Origin: a virus
Taxonomy: Duplodnaviria; Caudoviricetes
Direction: 5' to 3' (one strand)
IMG/VR virus record: IMGVR_UViG_2595698755_000001
Location: 104,877-168,876 of that record
Length of the DNA: 64,000 nucleotides
Shown here: positions 47,633 to 57,196 of the stretch, one piece after another
How the letters are laid out: each line of letters begins with the position of its first letter
Numbering within the stretch: the first letter of the stretch is position 1
Notes under the pieces: model-generated
Told to the model about the DNA's origin: nothing
The model's input: only the letters and a program-made list of their open reading frames with translations
Database searches by the model: none
Made by a program: the position numbers and the translations under genes

Positions 47633-47888
47633 AATTTTGATTATAGAATTTCAAGTCACCAGTCTTAGCAACCACTACCAATACTTGTTCCATGTAAGCT
47701 TCATTAGTGTATTCATCAACCGTACCTGCTTTGTTATAAACCTTGTATTCATCAACACTATCATGGATGACTAATTTCAGATTCATAAACGTAAATTCAT
47801 TATCTGTATTAACGTATCGCCATTCGGATTTGATTGAGTTTGAGATAATGGCTGTGCTTCTTTCTAATCGTGTAAGCTTTTTACCCAT
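47592..47888 (-). CDS. Hypothetical protein, 98 aa
   Basis: Coupled ORF (TAATG overlap) with GAGGTG RBS. Confidence 0.55.
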   Translation of the reverse strand: MGKKLTRLERSTAIISNSIKSEWRYVNTDNEFTFMNLKLVIHDSVDEYKVYNKAGTVDEYTNEAYMEQVLVVVAKTGDLKFYNQNYDYIEPQFINIRV

Positions 47889-48244
47889 TACTCTGCACCT
47901 CTCTCACCAAATAATAATTCATGCTGTTCTTTTGATAAATCTGAAAAGTTAATTTGCTTACTTGTCTTTTTCATTTTAGACATTTTTTCTAATTTCTTAC
48001 GGGATAGAATCTCTTTATCTTCCAAACCCTTTTGGTCTTCTTCTTTATGCCAGACTAGATAATTAGCTAACGAGTCTAAAAAATACTTTACCGAATTACT
48101 GTGCCAATTGAGCCTAAGTACGTGCATCCACGTTTCGGTCAAATCTTCAACAATTTTCTTTTTCTCTTCAATGGAGATATTCTCATCGAGCGTTTTCTGT
48201 TTCCCATCGGGTAGCTGAATCTTCATTGTTGCCATTCCCTTCAC
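47888..48244 (-). CDS. Hypothetical protein, 118 aa
   Basis: ORF; VKYFLDSLANYL motif. Confidence 0.6.
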   Translation of the reverse strand: MKGMATMKIQLPDGKQKTLDENISIEEKKKIVEDLTETWMHVLRLNWHSNSVKYFLDSLANYLVWHKEEDQKGLEDKEILSRKKLEKMSKMKKTSKQINFSDLSKEQHELLFGERGAE

Positions 48245-48300
48245 TATATCGCTCCATTAACTTTGTATGTATTGTCTTCATCCGTACAACCTTCTTTCTT

Positions 48301-48729
48301 TTATTTTAATATTAATCCGTTGTTCCCAACTGTATAGTACCAAAGTTCATTATTTGCATTTACTACTCGTTCTACGATTCTTTCAAACATTCTATGTACT
48401 ACTCTACGATGTTGTCCTAGCATTTCTGACACATCGACTAATGAATTTCCTTCATACAACAAATGTAAAAGATTCAATTGCTTCTTAGTAAGGGAAGCTT
48501 CCTCTGTAGTTTTGTCCAATGATGCATATAACACTATTAACTCTTGATTAAAGTCAAAGGTGTCACCTGCTTGATTCATTTGAATGTTTGTATTTGCACC
48601 ATAGGTCTTATCAACTTTGCTTCTATACAGGATAAGGTATTTTACTACATTCTCATCGGAAAGAGTTAGATGTTCAAACTCTCGTTCCTTCTTTTTTGTA
48701 TCTATTGCTACAGACCCCAACCCATTCAC
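48301..48729 (-). CDS. Sigma-region-4-like HTH DNA-binding protein
   Basis: LTKKQLNLLHLLYEGNSLVDVSEMLG...VHRMFERIV HTH pattern. Confidence 0.65.
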   Translation of the reverse strand: MNGLGSVAIDTKKKEREFEHLTLSDENVVKYLILYRSKVDKTYGANTNIQMNQAGDTFDFNQELIVLYASLDKTTEEASLTKKQLNLLHLLYEGNSLVDVSEMLGQHRRVVHRMFERIVERVVNANNELWYYTVGNNGLILK

Positions 48730-48771
48730 CGCCTATCCTATATGTAAGGTAACGTATTACCTTATAATATT

Positions 48772-48800
48772 ATTATACCATTATTTTTTGCATTTGTCAA
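48772..48800 (-). promoter_or_regulatory. Sigma-A consensus promoter (leftward)
   Basis: TTGACA-17-TATAAT with TG extension. Confidence 0.75.
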
Positions 48801-48841
48801 AAAAGTATGCTATATACAGATAAAGAATATGAGAGATTTCA

Positions 48842-48870
48842 TTGACAAGCACGAGAAATTATGATATCCT
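48842..48870 (+). promoter_or_regulatory. Divergent sigma-A promoter for the Rep-like gene
   Basis: TTGACA-17-TATCCT with TG extension. Confidence 0.65.
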
Positions 48871-48916
48871 ATACTTTAAGCAGGTTGCTTAACCGAATAA
48901 CGAGGGAGATGATAAT

Positions 48917-49753
48917 GTGTATATGATTGAGAACTTTAACAACATTCAGAAGTTATATAGTAAACCTTCTGTACAAATCCCAAACTGGATTTTCAGAAGA
49001 TTAGCAGAAAGCACTAAAGGGAAGGTGCAAAGAACAAATGTAAAACAATCTTCATTTGCTTATGCTTATGTAGTCACGATTGCGTTTTTATATAAATATA
49101 CTCACTTTGTGGATTTAGACAATGGTACATATATCCAGAACAAGGACATTAAACAGATACTTGGATATGACCCATCGACTAAGACAATTGATAAGGTGAT
49201 TAAAAAAAATGGCATACTCGATGAAATAGGACTCACGTGTACAACTAAAAATTATCCTGTAACTTTCGAGTATACCACAGAAGAGATTAACGGATTTCCC
49301 ATTAGAGAGTTTACAACAATTAACATGTTAACTGTTGATGACGTTAATTATAGCAAATACAAAGAAATTGTCAAGAACAGAAACTATACAGTAAAAGAGC
49401 CTACGTTCTTCTTCAACAATGATGGAGATGTAGGAACACTATATAACTACAACAACACCCATACAATAACGTTAGAAGAATTTATGGAGTTTGTCTATAA
49501 CGATGACCTCAACAATGTAGATTTCTTCTTGTATGGATTCTTCAAAAGTAAATGTCTAGGTTTGAACAATGATGAACGAGGTATCAGTCAAGCGTTAATC
49601 ATTTCCGAAATTGGATTATCAACAGAAACCTTCCACAATCACATAAAGGTATTGGAGAAGAAAGATTACTTGTCAGTCGAAAGAAAAAGGTGGAGATACG
49701 ATGTAGGAGAAATATTAGAGCCGAATATTTATGTCTTTAAAGGTGTTCATTAG
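48917..49753 (+). CDS. Putative replication initiator / winged-helix DNA-binding protein, 278 aa
   Basis: Two wHTH-like segments (QNKDIKQILGY; ISQALIISEIGLSTETFHNHIKVLEKKDYL); followed by an origin-like region. Confidence 0.55.
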   Translation: MYMIENFNNIQKLYSKPSVQIPNWIFRRLAESTKGKVQRTNVKQSSFAYAYVVTIAFLYKYTHFVDLDNGTYIQNKDIKQILGYDPSTKTIDKVIKKNGILDEIGLTCTTKNYPVTFEYTTEEINGFPIREFTTINMLTVDDVNYSKYKEIVKNRNYTVKEPTFFFNNDGDVGTLYNYNNTHTITLEEFMEFVYNDDLNNVDFFLYGFFKSKCLGLNNDERGISQALIISEIGLSTETFHNHIKVLEKKDYLSVERKRWRYDVGEILEPNIYVFKGVH

Positions 49754-49768
49754 GAGCACCTTTTTTTC
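49739..49768 (+). terminator. Rho-independent terminator
   Basis: AAAGGTGTTC/GAGCACCTTT stem with T tract. Confidence 0.75.
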
Positions 49769-49793
49769 TTTTGTTTCGATAGGAATTTTAGCA

Positions 49794-49928
49794 GGTTGCT
49801 TTATCGAACTAATAGCTATATTATTATATTTATTATTATTATATTTATTATTTATATATATATAATATACACTTATATTATATATATTAAATTATATTAT
49901 ATATAGTAATTAGTTCGATAAAGCAACC
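49794..49928. other. Origin-like element: 20-bp perfect inverted repeat flanking about 95 bp of near-pure AT
   Basis: GGTTGCTTTATCGAACTAAT (49794-49813) and its reverse complement (49909-49928). Confidence 0.65.
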
Positions 49929-49988
49929 ACCTAAAAATGCTATCAAAAATGCAAATAAAAAAACCCTCTCATTTGAGAGGGCAATCCA

Positions 49989-50219
49989 TTAACATACTGT
50001 TGCTAACTTCGGAAACATGATTGGTTCGTGGCTACCTTCTACTATGGCAAACACTGTACCTTCCTCGTCAACGATTAATTCGATAATTGCTTCGTGTCTC
50101 AACTTTGCGTTTGAGATTTTGCTTGGGAAGATGTGGTTTAAGTTTCTTAGATTCATATTCTCAACGATACCTTTTAATTCCGAAAAACTTACACCTTTAG
50201 CAATTGTCATTGTTGTCAT
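49989..50219 (-). CDS. Hypothetical protein, 76 aa
   Basis: ORF with GGAGAGG RBS; terminator CCCTCTC/GAGAGGG plus T tract at 49957-49981. Confidence 0.6.
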   Translation of the reverse strand: MTTMTIAKGVSFSELKGIVENMNLRNLNHIFPSKISNAKLRHEAIIELIVDEEGTVFAIVEGSHEPIMFPKLATVC

Positions 50220-50329
50220 TTAAAACCCTCTCCTTTTGGTTGTTGTTTTTGTTTTGCTTTATATTGTATTCTATGCAGGTGTTCTAGGAATGTTGCCTAA
50301 TAAATTAAAAAATAATAAAAAAAGATGGG

Positions 50330-51346
50330 TTACATTTTACCCATCTGTCTCAATAACTTTATTTGTGTGTTTCGGTCTGTATTCATTAGTAGTTCCAGTA
50401 AATCATCTCGTGTTAATGTTTCAAACTCTTCAACAGGCACATGTGCATTTACATCTACTGTTACTAGGTCTTCTAGCTTCTTGTTAGCAAGGTAATTATT
50501 AACTGTTGTTGTTGGGTCAGAGTGGTCACCATGTGCTTGCATTGCCTTTAGGTCACCACCAGTAATTACGTTAACTTCTTCAATTGATGCTTTCTTGAAA
50601 CTATGGAATACGATTCTTCTGTCACCAAAATCAATCTTCTCACGAATAAGATTCATCATTTTGTTTACAGTTTTTGTTGTTAAAGTAAAAATTTTCTCTC
50701 TTTTTACTTCTGCTTTGAAATCCATAATTTCTTGGTATAAGTCATCAGTTAATTTTTTGTGCGACCATTTGTTCCCTTTACCTAAAGTTTTGATGTACCA
50801 AATTCCATTAATGTCAACCACATCGGTAAATTTCAAATCCAATAACGATTGCTTACGGAAAGCAGTTGCATATGCTAAACGTACAAGTAAAGCTTTTTGA
50901 CGACCTGCTCTCGTTGCTGATACAAGATTTATAATTTCAACAACCTCATCATGAGTGAATGCATCCCAACTTTCAGAATCGTGCTCATCATATCTATCCA
51001 GATTAAACCATGAAGCATTAACATCAAACCCTTCATCTTCCAATTGGTCATAGCATTCTTTTAATGCACTAATAGCATTGTTTACTGTGCTACCCTTATA
51101 TTGCTCTTTTAAAGCTACTTGATACGTCTTAATTTGATTCTTGTTAAAGATTAAGTCAGATTCAATTAATGTTTCCAGTTCTTTGTTTCTCATTGTTCTA
51201 AAGAAATCTCGAATATGTCTTTGGTAAGTATCCTTTGTATTTGCACTGTCTTGACCTTTGCGTGTTAAAAACGTAAGAATCGTTGAATATGGATTTCTAT
51301 TTTCACCTTTATTGTTTAAATGAAATACATTTCCTAATTTTGCCAT
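50330..51346 (-). CDS. Second tyrosine recombinase (divergent)
   Basis: TAFRK, GKGNK, FHSFKK, HGDHSD, NNY; SAM-like N-terminal domain; own promoter at 51386-51414. Confidence 0.8.
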   Translation of the reverse strand: MAKLGNVFHLNNKGENRNPYSTILTFLTRKGQDSANTKDTYQRHIRDFFRTMRNKELETLIESDLIFNKNQIKTYQVALKEQYKGSTVNNAISALKECYDQLEDEGFDVNASWFNLDRYDEHDSESWDAFTHDEVVEIINLVSATRAGRQKALLVRLAYATAFRKQSLLDLKFTDVVDINGIWYIKTLGKGNKWSHKKLTDDLYQEIMDFKAEVKREKIFTLTTKTVNKMMNLIREKIDFGDRRIVFHSFKKASIEEVNVITGGDLKAMQAHGDHSDPTTTVNNYLANKKLEDLVTVDVNAHVPVEEFETLTRDDLLELLMNTDRNTQIKLLRQMGKM

Positions 51347-51566
51347 AATATCATCCTCCTAATTTGTAAGTGACCCTATAATCATATTATATGCTACTTG
51401 CATAAATTTGTCAACACTTTATCTCACATTATCTAATTATTTTTTATGTATTACACCTTGGCTACGTTAAAATCAATTTTAAAGCCCCTAGAATCCCCGT
51501 AGAGCATTTTTAATTTGATTCTGGTGCAATGACATTCAAACCCTCCAGAATGCAAAAGAAAAGCAT

Positions 51567-52433
51567 CTAAACCATTTTGGCAAGATGCTCTAAAAATCTG
51601 GTATAATTTTTGTGATAAACTCCAAACCCCTGCAATTCATTTTTCTTACATTTCTTATTAAAGTATCCAATTCGCTTATCATCTTCTGTAACTAGAAGTA
51701 CAATTGGAAAGTGGTCTGAATGGTTTTGCCATAGTTTGGACTTCTTATATTGTCGATACTTTACAACCTTGTCATATATAACAGGAAACTTGTTCTTATT
51801 TCTGAAATTCTCTTGACCTGTATCATATTCTAAAAACAAGTCAACAACCTTTTCACCGACTTTCAATCTGAAAAATACATCGGGAATAAATGCAACATCT
51901 TCATTGTTGAATCTGAATATTGAAGTTTTCTCATGTTCCCATATTTCAATCTCATATCCATTTGCTTCACAAAACAGTATAGTATCGACTTCCATTTGGT
52001 TAATCCCATTGGTGTGTCTGTATATTAATGGCACATGTCGTTCAATGACAACCTCTCCATTGACAAGCGATTTTTTCTGTGGTATCCTACGTTTGTGAGG
52101 AATGCCAAGCAGGATAGAACCACCCCTCTCTAGAGCGAGGATAGCAGGGGTGTTTCCTTTTCCTAGTTCCTGTTTCTCATGCACCTTATCTAGACACATC
52201 GAGTCGAATAACTTCCTAATAGTTCGATTAATGAGCCTTGTTCTGTTGTTAGTTAGGTGTCGAAATGATGGTGCGATGATTTCCAAATGTGACCTGTTAA
52301 CCAACTTACGCTTACTCACTATCTCCAAAAGTTCCATATCTCTGTCTGTTGGTTTAACGTTAGATTTTAACCAGTCTAAGGTCACTTTTTGGATTTCTTC
52401 TCTTTTGTACCAAGGTCTTCTAAAGTTTGCCAA
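51567..52433 (-). CDS. Replication-relaxation (Replic_Relax) family protein
   Basis: N-terminal wHTH (TDRD.ELL), HTNGIN, IPD, LEYDTGQE, K...Y, FP.VLLVT motifs. Confidence 0.8.
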   Translation of the reverse strand: MANFRRPWYKREEIQKVTLDWLKSNVKPTDRDMELLEIVSKRKLVNRSHLEIIAPSFRHLTNNRTRLINRTIRKLFDSMCLDKVHEKQELGKGNTPAILALERGGSILLGIPHKRRIPQKKSLVNGEVVIERHVPLIYRHTNGINQMEVDTILFCEANGYEIEIWEHEKTSIFRFNNEDVAFIPDVFFRLKVGEKVVDLFLEYDTGQENFRNKNKFPVIYDKVVKYRQYKKSKLWQNHSDHFPIVLLVTEDDKRIGYFNKKCKKNELQGFGVYHKNYTRFLEHLAKMV

Positions 52434-55171
52434 TCTTGCTCACCACCCTCAACAAAACCACTTAGAATCGACTGCTCAATCATCTGATAACTTCTATCAA
52501 GATTCTCATCACGTACTTCATCCTTGTCTCGACCAAATTCAGACCTGTAAGCTGTTAAGAAACTAGAATCAACTTCACTATATTTTTTAAAGTCTGGATT
52601 CATCCCTAATGGCAATCCCAACTTTGCTTGAAATACATGATTCTTGTCTTTCCAACGTATTGCAAATATTCCACAAAACTTCATATTCATTAAGTTGTTG
52701 AAGTCAGCGATTGTCATTGGATGTAAGAAGTCTCTTAAACTTTCAAAGGCTTCTCCACCACCTTTTAACATAACTAAGTTACATCCATTATCCATAATAG
52801 ATTGTTTAATATCACCTTCGATACCTCGACCTGCTTTTGCTAACGATGACCAACCATGCAGTGTTAACCAAAGTCGTAGTGAATATTTACGTGGCTCTTT
52901 AAACAAGTCAATGAATAATCGACCAATTAATGGTATATCTATAATTTGATGTATTTCATCAATTACAACTAATGTCTCTGGTCTATATTCACGACCTGCA
53001 AACCCAACTTCCCTAGACAATGCAACGTTCCAGATTTTTGTAAAGTAATGTGCAAATAAGAATTTTCTGTATAATTGAGATACACCAGATTTTGGGATAT
53101 ATACTAGAATCATATATGCCCCGTCCTCATCTCCATCCATCATTTGTCGGAAGTTTAATTTCACTTTACCTTCTTCATCTCGTAAAGGCTTTTGTGCGAT
53201 GCAGTCCCACAATTTTTGGTCACGTTCAAGTTGTGAGAATCTATTTTCGATTGTTTGAATGATTGTAGTTGTTTCTCCTGCCATAGCCATATTATGGTAA
53301 GTCTGCATTTCTAATTTCAAACGTCTGTTCTCTAAGAATGGTATAATTTCAGTTGCTCTAAAATCATCATCAATAAGTGCTCTCATTGCTTCAATATATC
53401 CATAATCCTTGTCAATAGTGTGTACTGCTTGCAATGCAGAAGTAAACCATCTATCCATAGCCATTGTTTTGTCAGACTTCAAAATTTCTAAAACTAACTT
53501 TGCTTCCATCTCTGCTAATGTGTAAGCATAATCATCATCTTGCATTATCTCTTCGTTGTATTCTTGAAGGTCAGCATTGTTAACTGCAATTGGATTCTTA
53601 AAGTTACTATGATTTAAAACTACAACCCTGTCTCTCAACCAATCTGGAATATGGTTATAGATGTTGTTAATCATTGCTCCATCTGCTACATCGAATACCA
53701 CAACCGACTTACTTTGCTTCTTCCATTCGTCCCTATCGTTTAAATGCGCTCCAAAGCTGTATAGCGCTTGTGTTTCACTCATGGTAGTCTTACCACTACC
53801 CATCGAGCCAAAGAGCATGGTGGCTGTGCTACGGTCATCTAAACGTGTCTTATCCTTAACGTATCTCCCTTTAGATGTCCACCAATCTCTCTTGTACCCT
53901 CCAAAGTATATTTTCCTAGATTCTTTCTCTAATGTGAAGCCCAGAGGAATTGCACCATGTTTATCTGAAAAGAAGTCAGCACTAATGTCAGTTCTTGTAA
54001 AGTTATCCTGCGTAATCACCTTATCATACTCTTTAAGTGTTTGTTTACTTGGGATTTTCAAAATATTCGTCATCTCCTTCTCAAAAAATATGTCAGTCGT
54101 CTTTCCAATTTGAGGGCGGTCATCTTCAACTGCTTTAATGATTGACTTGATACCTCGTTTTGTTTTTACATGACTAACTGTAAATTTGTTGTCACCATTT
54201 AATAGTGTGAAGGATGTCTCAATATTTTTAAAAGCATGTTTTACCTTCTTATCTTCTTCGGCTTCTCCTATGACCCTAATCTGCATTTTACATCCTTTGG
54301 AATTTGCATGTATCTTATTATCTGTATATTTCAACTCAAACAACTGTTCTGCTTTCTGGTCTTTCTTATTTTCTGCTCCCATCAGTCCTTCTATCATATT
54401 CACAAACTCATCGAATATGACATTAAACATGTCGAAGACTTTTCCTGCTACTCCATTTACAGTGAAAGTATCTTCTCTGTTTGGTATTTTACCATTCTTG
54501 AAATCTTTAATTTTCTTAGTTGCCTTTTCTTTCCAACCATTATTGACTGGTTCGATATTGTAGTCAATTAAAACTTTATCGCCTTTATCCATTGTTGAAG
54601 CAATAGAAGCTAATGCAGAATAGAAAGAATCGTTTTGTGTCTTGTCATGTTTCAAGGAAAGTGCATAATGATGTCTCAAATGCACCTCCATTGCTTTAGC
54701 CCTTGACGGATTAAAGTCTACGATTCTTTCAGATACCTCTGTAATATCCACCTGCCCCCAGTCTTTCTTAATTGCTCCTGTAAAGCTTTTAGCCCACTTT
54801 TTGGGTACAGTCAGATAAAATTTCATTTCCCCATCTACTAGTAAAACTTTGTAACTTACAACATCATTCATTTTAATTTTTACACCATTCTTTGAAAATC
54901 GTATTCTTTCTGGGGCATAAAACTTTGAAAACAATCCACTAATCGTATTTAATAGTAATTCAGATGTTTGCTTTTGGTTATAGACATCATCCTCAAAATC
55001 TATATATCTAGGTCTACGACTTCCACGACCTTCTCTTTCTACAACCTCTGGTGAATTATTTGGAGTTATCTGATAAGTTATAACAGGTTCACGATACAGG
55101 TTTACAAATTCCTTGAGGTTAAAAGTTTTCTTTTTCTTTTGAGGAATGACCATTGGTAATAAACTTTCCAT
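52382..55171 (-). CDS. VirB4/VirD4/HerA-like ATPase, 929 aa
   Basis: GSMGSGKT Walker A, VVFDVADG, VVIDEIHQ Walker B, EPRKYSL motif. Confidence 0.75.
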   Translation of the reverse strand: MESLLPMVIPQKKKKTFNLKEFVNLYREPVITYQITPNNSPEVVEREGRGSRRPRYIDFEDDVYNQKQTSELLLNTISGLFSKFYAPERIRFSKNGVKIKMNDVVSYKVLLVDGEMKFYLTVPKKWAKSFTGAIKKDWGQVDITEVSERIVDFNPSRAKAMEVHLRHHYALSLKHDKTQNDSFYSALASIASTMDKGDKVLIDYNIEPVNNGWKEKATKKIKDFKNGKIPNREDTFTVNGVAGKVFDMFNVIFDEFVNMIEGLMGAENKKDQKAEQLFELKYTDNKIHANSKGCKMQIRVIGEAEEDKKVKHAFKNIETSFTLLNGDNKFTVSHVKTKRGIKSIIKAVEDDRPQIGKTTDIFFEKEMTNILKIPSKQTLKEYDKVITQDNFTRTDISADFFSDKHGAIPLGFTLEKESRKIYFGGYKRDWWTSKGRYVKDKTRLDDRSTATMLFGSMGSGKTTMSETQALYSFGAHLNDRDEWKKQSKSVVVFDVADGAMINNIYNHIPDWLRDRVVVLNHSNFKNPIAVNNADLQEYNEEIMQDDDYAYTLAEMEAKLVLEILKSDKTMAMDRWFTSALQAVHTIDKDYGYIEAMRALIDDDFRATEIIPFLENRRLKLEMQTYHNMAMAGETTTIIQTIENRFSQLERDQKLWDCIAQKPLRDEEGKVKLNFRQMMDGDEDGAYMILVYIPKSGVSQLYRKFLFAHYFTKIWNVALSREVGFAGREYRPETLVVIDEIHQIIDIPLIGRLFIDLFKEPRKYSLRLWLTLHGWSSLAKAGRGIEGDIKQSIMDNGCNLVMLKGGGEAFESLRDFLHPMTIADFNNLMNMKFCGIFAIRWKDKNHVFQAKLGLPLGMNPDFKKYSEVDSSFLTAYRSEFGRDKDEVRDENLDRSYQMIEQSILSGFVEGGEQDWQTLEDLGTKEKKSKK

Positions 55172-55323
55172 TATTTCACCTCTTTCTCATTGGCAACAGA
55201 AGTTTTATAGTCCTCTACATATTGCCATCCAGTTTTTGCCATATAGCTAGTAGCGATTACATATCCAGTGTTCACGATAGCCTTTACAAAGAAACCAACT
55301 TTAGCCAAGATAATAAATTCCAT
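55171..55323 (-). CDS. Small hydrophobic protein, 50 aa (not in ORF track)
   Basis: GGAGAGG RBS; MEFIILAKVGFFVKAIVNTGYVIATSYMAKTGWQYVEDYKTSVANEKEVK*; TAATG overlap with the ATPase start. Confidence 0.65.
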   Translation of the reverse strand: MEFIILAKVGFFVKAIVNTGYVIATSYMAKTGWQYVEDYKTSVANEKEVK

Positions 55324-55347
55324 ATTAACCTCTCCCTTTGTTTTAGT

Positions 55348-56070
55348 TTACATATAAATTTTATGCAAGATTGTTGAAACAAAGTACCCCATCCATAACG
55401 GGACAATAAATTTTGTATATTTATTTCTTCCTACAAAGAATGTTCCAAACATTAACAATATTGCAGGTATTAAGAAAAACAAGTCTGCATTGTCAAGTAT
55501 GCACTGTCCTAAGTCTCTGAAAAATTCTATAAATGTATCTTTCATTACATCGAAGAAACTCTTTCCATATATAGCGTGGAAAAATCCTTCTTTCCTCCAA
55601 TCGTTTAAAAATTCTAAGAATCCCTTGTCTTCTATTGGATTCAATGACTCCCTGCTACTCAAAAACTTCTTATAATTATCATTCAATAAGCTTTCTGGAT
55701 TTTTGAAGTTGCCATTGATATCCTTTAACCCAACATGCAGATGCGCTCCTGTTGAATGTCCAGTGTTTCCAGATAATCCCACAAATTCACCTCTACTCAA
55801 TTCTTCCCCTATTTCTAATGTTGAAGTATCAGACATGTGACCCATAATGACAGTTTCCCCCTGTCTTGTTTTTATTATTACTCCTTTACCTATATTCTCC
55901 TTTCCATAATCCACAATCCTTTCAACAAATCCTTCTACTGGACTGTACAATTTTGTTCCTTCTTCCATTACTAAGTCAATTCCAGTGTGTGCAGTACGAT
56001 GTATCGAGTCCGTAACACCATATGGACTCGATACATGAAAGAAATCATTACCATTTAATTTAACCTTCAT
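55348..56070 (-). CDS. M23 peptidoglycan endopeptidase with C-terminal TM segments
   Basis: HTGID, GH, GNTGHSTGAHLH motifs; two hydrophobic C-terminal helices. Confidence 0.88.
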   Translation of the reverse strand: MKVKLNGNDFFHVSSPYGVTDSIHRTAHTGIDLVMEEGTKLYSPVEGFVERIVDYGKENIGKGVIIKTRQGETVIMGHMSDTSTLEIGEELSRGEFVGLSGNTGHSTGAHLHVGLKDINGNFKNPESLLNDNYKKFLSSRESLNPIEDKGFLEFLNDWRKEGFFHAIYGKSFFDVMKDTFIEFFRDLGQCILDNADLFFLIPAILLMFGTFFVGRNKYTKFIVPLWMGYFVSTILHKIYM

Positions 56071-56081
56071 ATGACCACCCC

Positions 56082-56588
56082 TTATTCCCCATAAGGTTTA
56101 AGTGTCGGTTTAGTTAAATCAATCTTATTGTTTCTTAATTCATTAAACATTGTTCCACCGATACCATCAATAAGTTCTGTAATCCAAGGGATACACCAGA
56201 ATACCAAGTACCACTTACCATACTGCACAACTGCTTGCATTCCTGTACCACCTTCTCGACCTCCACGCTTCTCTTCATAGAATGCTTGTGCTATTTTGAT
56301 TGCACAATACACTTTTGCAATATCTAACATCCAAGGGAAGATATAAGTTAAGAATGCTTTCCAGAAAACACCACTTCCACCTATTGCAACTGTCGCAAAC
56401 CTTCCATCTCCTAGACCTTTTCTTACATATCTATGGATTGATTCCTTAGTTCGAGGGATATCTACGATGAAAGCTGTAGAAGTTAGTGGTAAAAGTTCCT
56501 GCATTTGAGTAACTGCATCTTTCTCAACCAAAGTCCACTTCTTATCAACTAATCTATATCTCATAAACCGCACCTCCGCAATTTTCAT
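56082..56588 (-). CDS. Membrane protein (possibly pilin/VirB2-like)
   Basis: Two hydrophobic helices separated by a short charged loop. Confidence 0.5.
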   Translation of the reverse strand: MKIAEVRFMRYRLVDKKWTLVEKDAVTQMQELLPLTSTAFIVDIPRTKESIHRYVRKGLGDGRFATVAIGGSGVFWKAFLTYIFPWMLDIAKVYCAIKIAQAFYEEKRGGREGGTGMQAVVQYGKWYLVFWCIPWITELIDGIGGTMFNELRNNKIDLTKPTLKPYGE

Positions 56589-56888
56589 TTCAGCCCGATT
56601 CCTTTATATAATAAAGTCTGCAAATTTGGAATCTTTTCAAACACTTGATAACGTTGATGTCCTTTTCTGTCCAAAAGTACCAAATTATTATTAGGTACAC
56701 CCATTTGGTACTCATTTTTTAGTGAAAAGTTGAATAAAATCACATTTTTCGGACAAAAACTATACTTTTTACTAGTTTTTTAGTGTTTTTTACTACTTTT
56801 GTGCTATTTTTTAGTATTTTTAAAGTTTCTTTTAAACATTTCTCTTAATATCATATATATGCCCATAATCTTTAAAAGTTCCTTTAAA

Positions 56889-57185
56889 TTATAAGAAATT
56901 TCCAATATCTTTTGACTTTGTTTCTTTCTTTGTTGATTTTTGTTCAAAATTAGACATACCTTGTGAGTGTGTCCCATATACTAGACTAGATGATTCATTA
57001 AATCGCATTGCCAATGTCTCTTTTGCCAAACCACTGAATGATACTGACAACATTAGAGCCTTTTTAAGCAAAGCCATCTGACGAGGGCAAGTTTTATTGA
57101 AGGAAACACCTTGGGTAATATAATTACCCTTGGTGCGGTTAGTCATTTCAGCAATCATAGTATCTACCTCTTGTTCTGTTCTCAT
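56889..57185 (-). CDS. Putative ParR-like adaptor / small DNA-binding protein
   Basis: 98 aa directly after ParM; beta-strand (QGVSFN) then two helices (SFSGLAKE.L), RHH-like; disordered C-tail. Confidence 0.55.
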   Translation of the reverse strand: MRTEQEVDTMIAEMTNRTKGNYITQGVSFNKTCPRQMALLKKALMLSVSFSGLAKETLAMRFNESSSLVYGTHSQGMSNFEQKSTKKETKSKDIGNFL

Positions 57186-57196
57186 CAGTAACCCTC

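Noticed and set aside
9-56000. Numerous plus-strand ORFs antisense to long minus-strand genes (e.g. 9-461, 4286-4660, 19663-20082, 52102-52566)
   Set aside because: They are shadow frames of real genes, without RBS or recognisable motifs.
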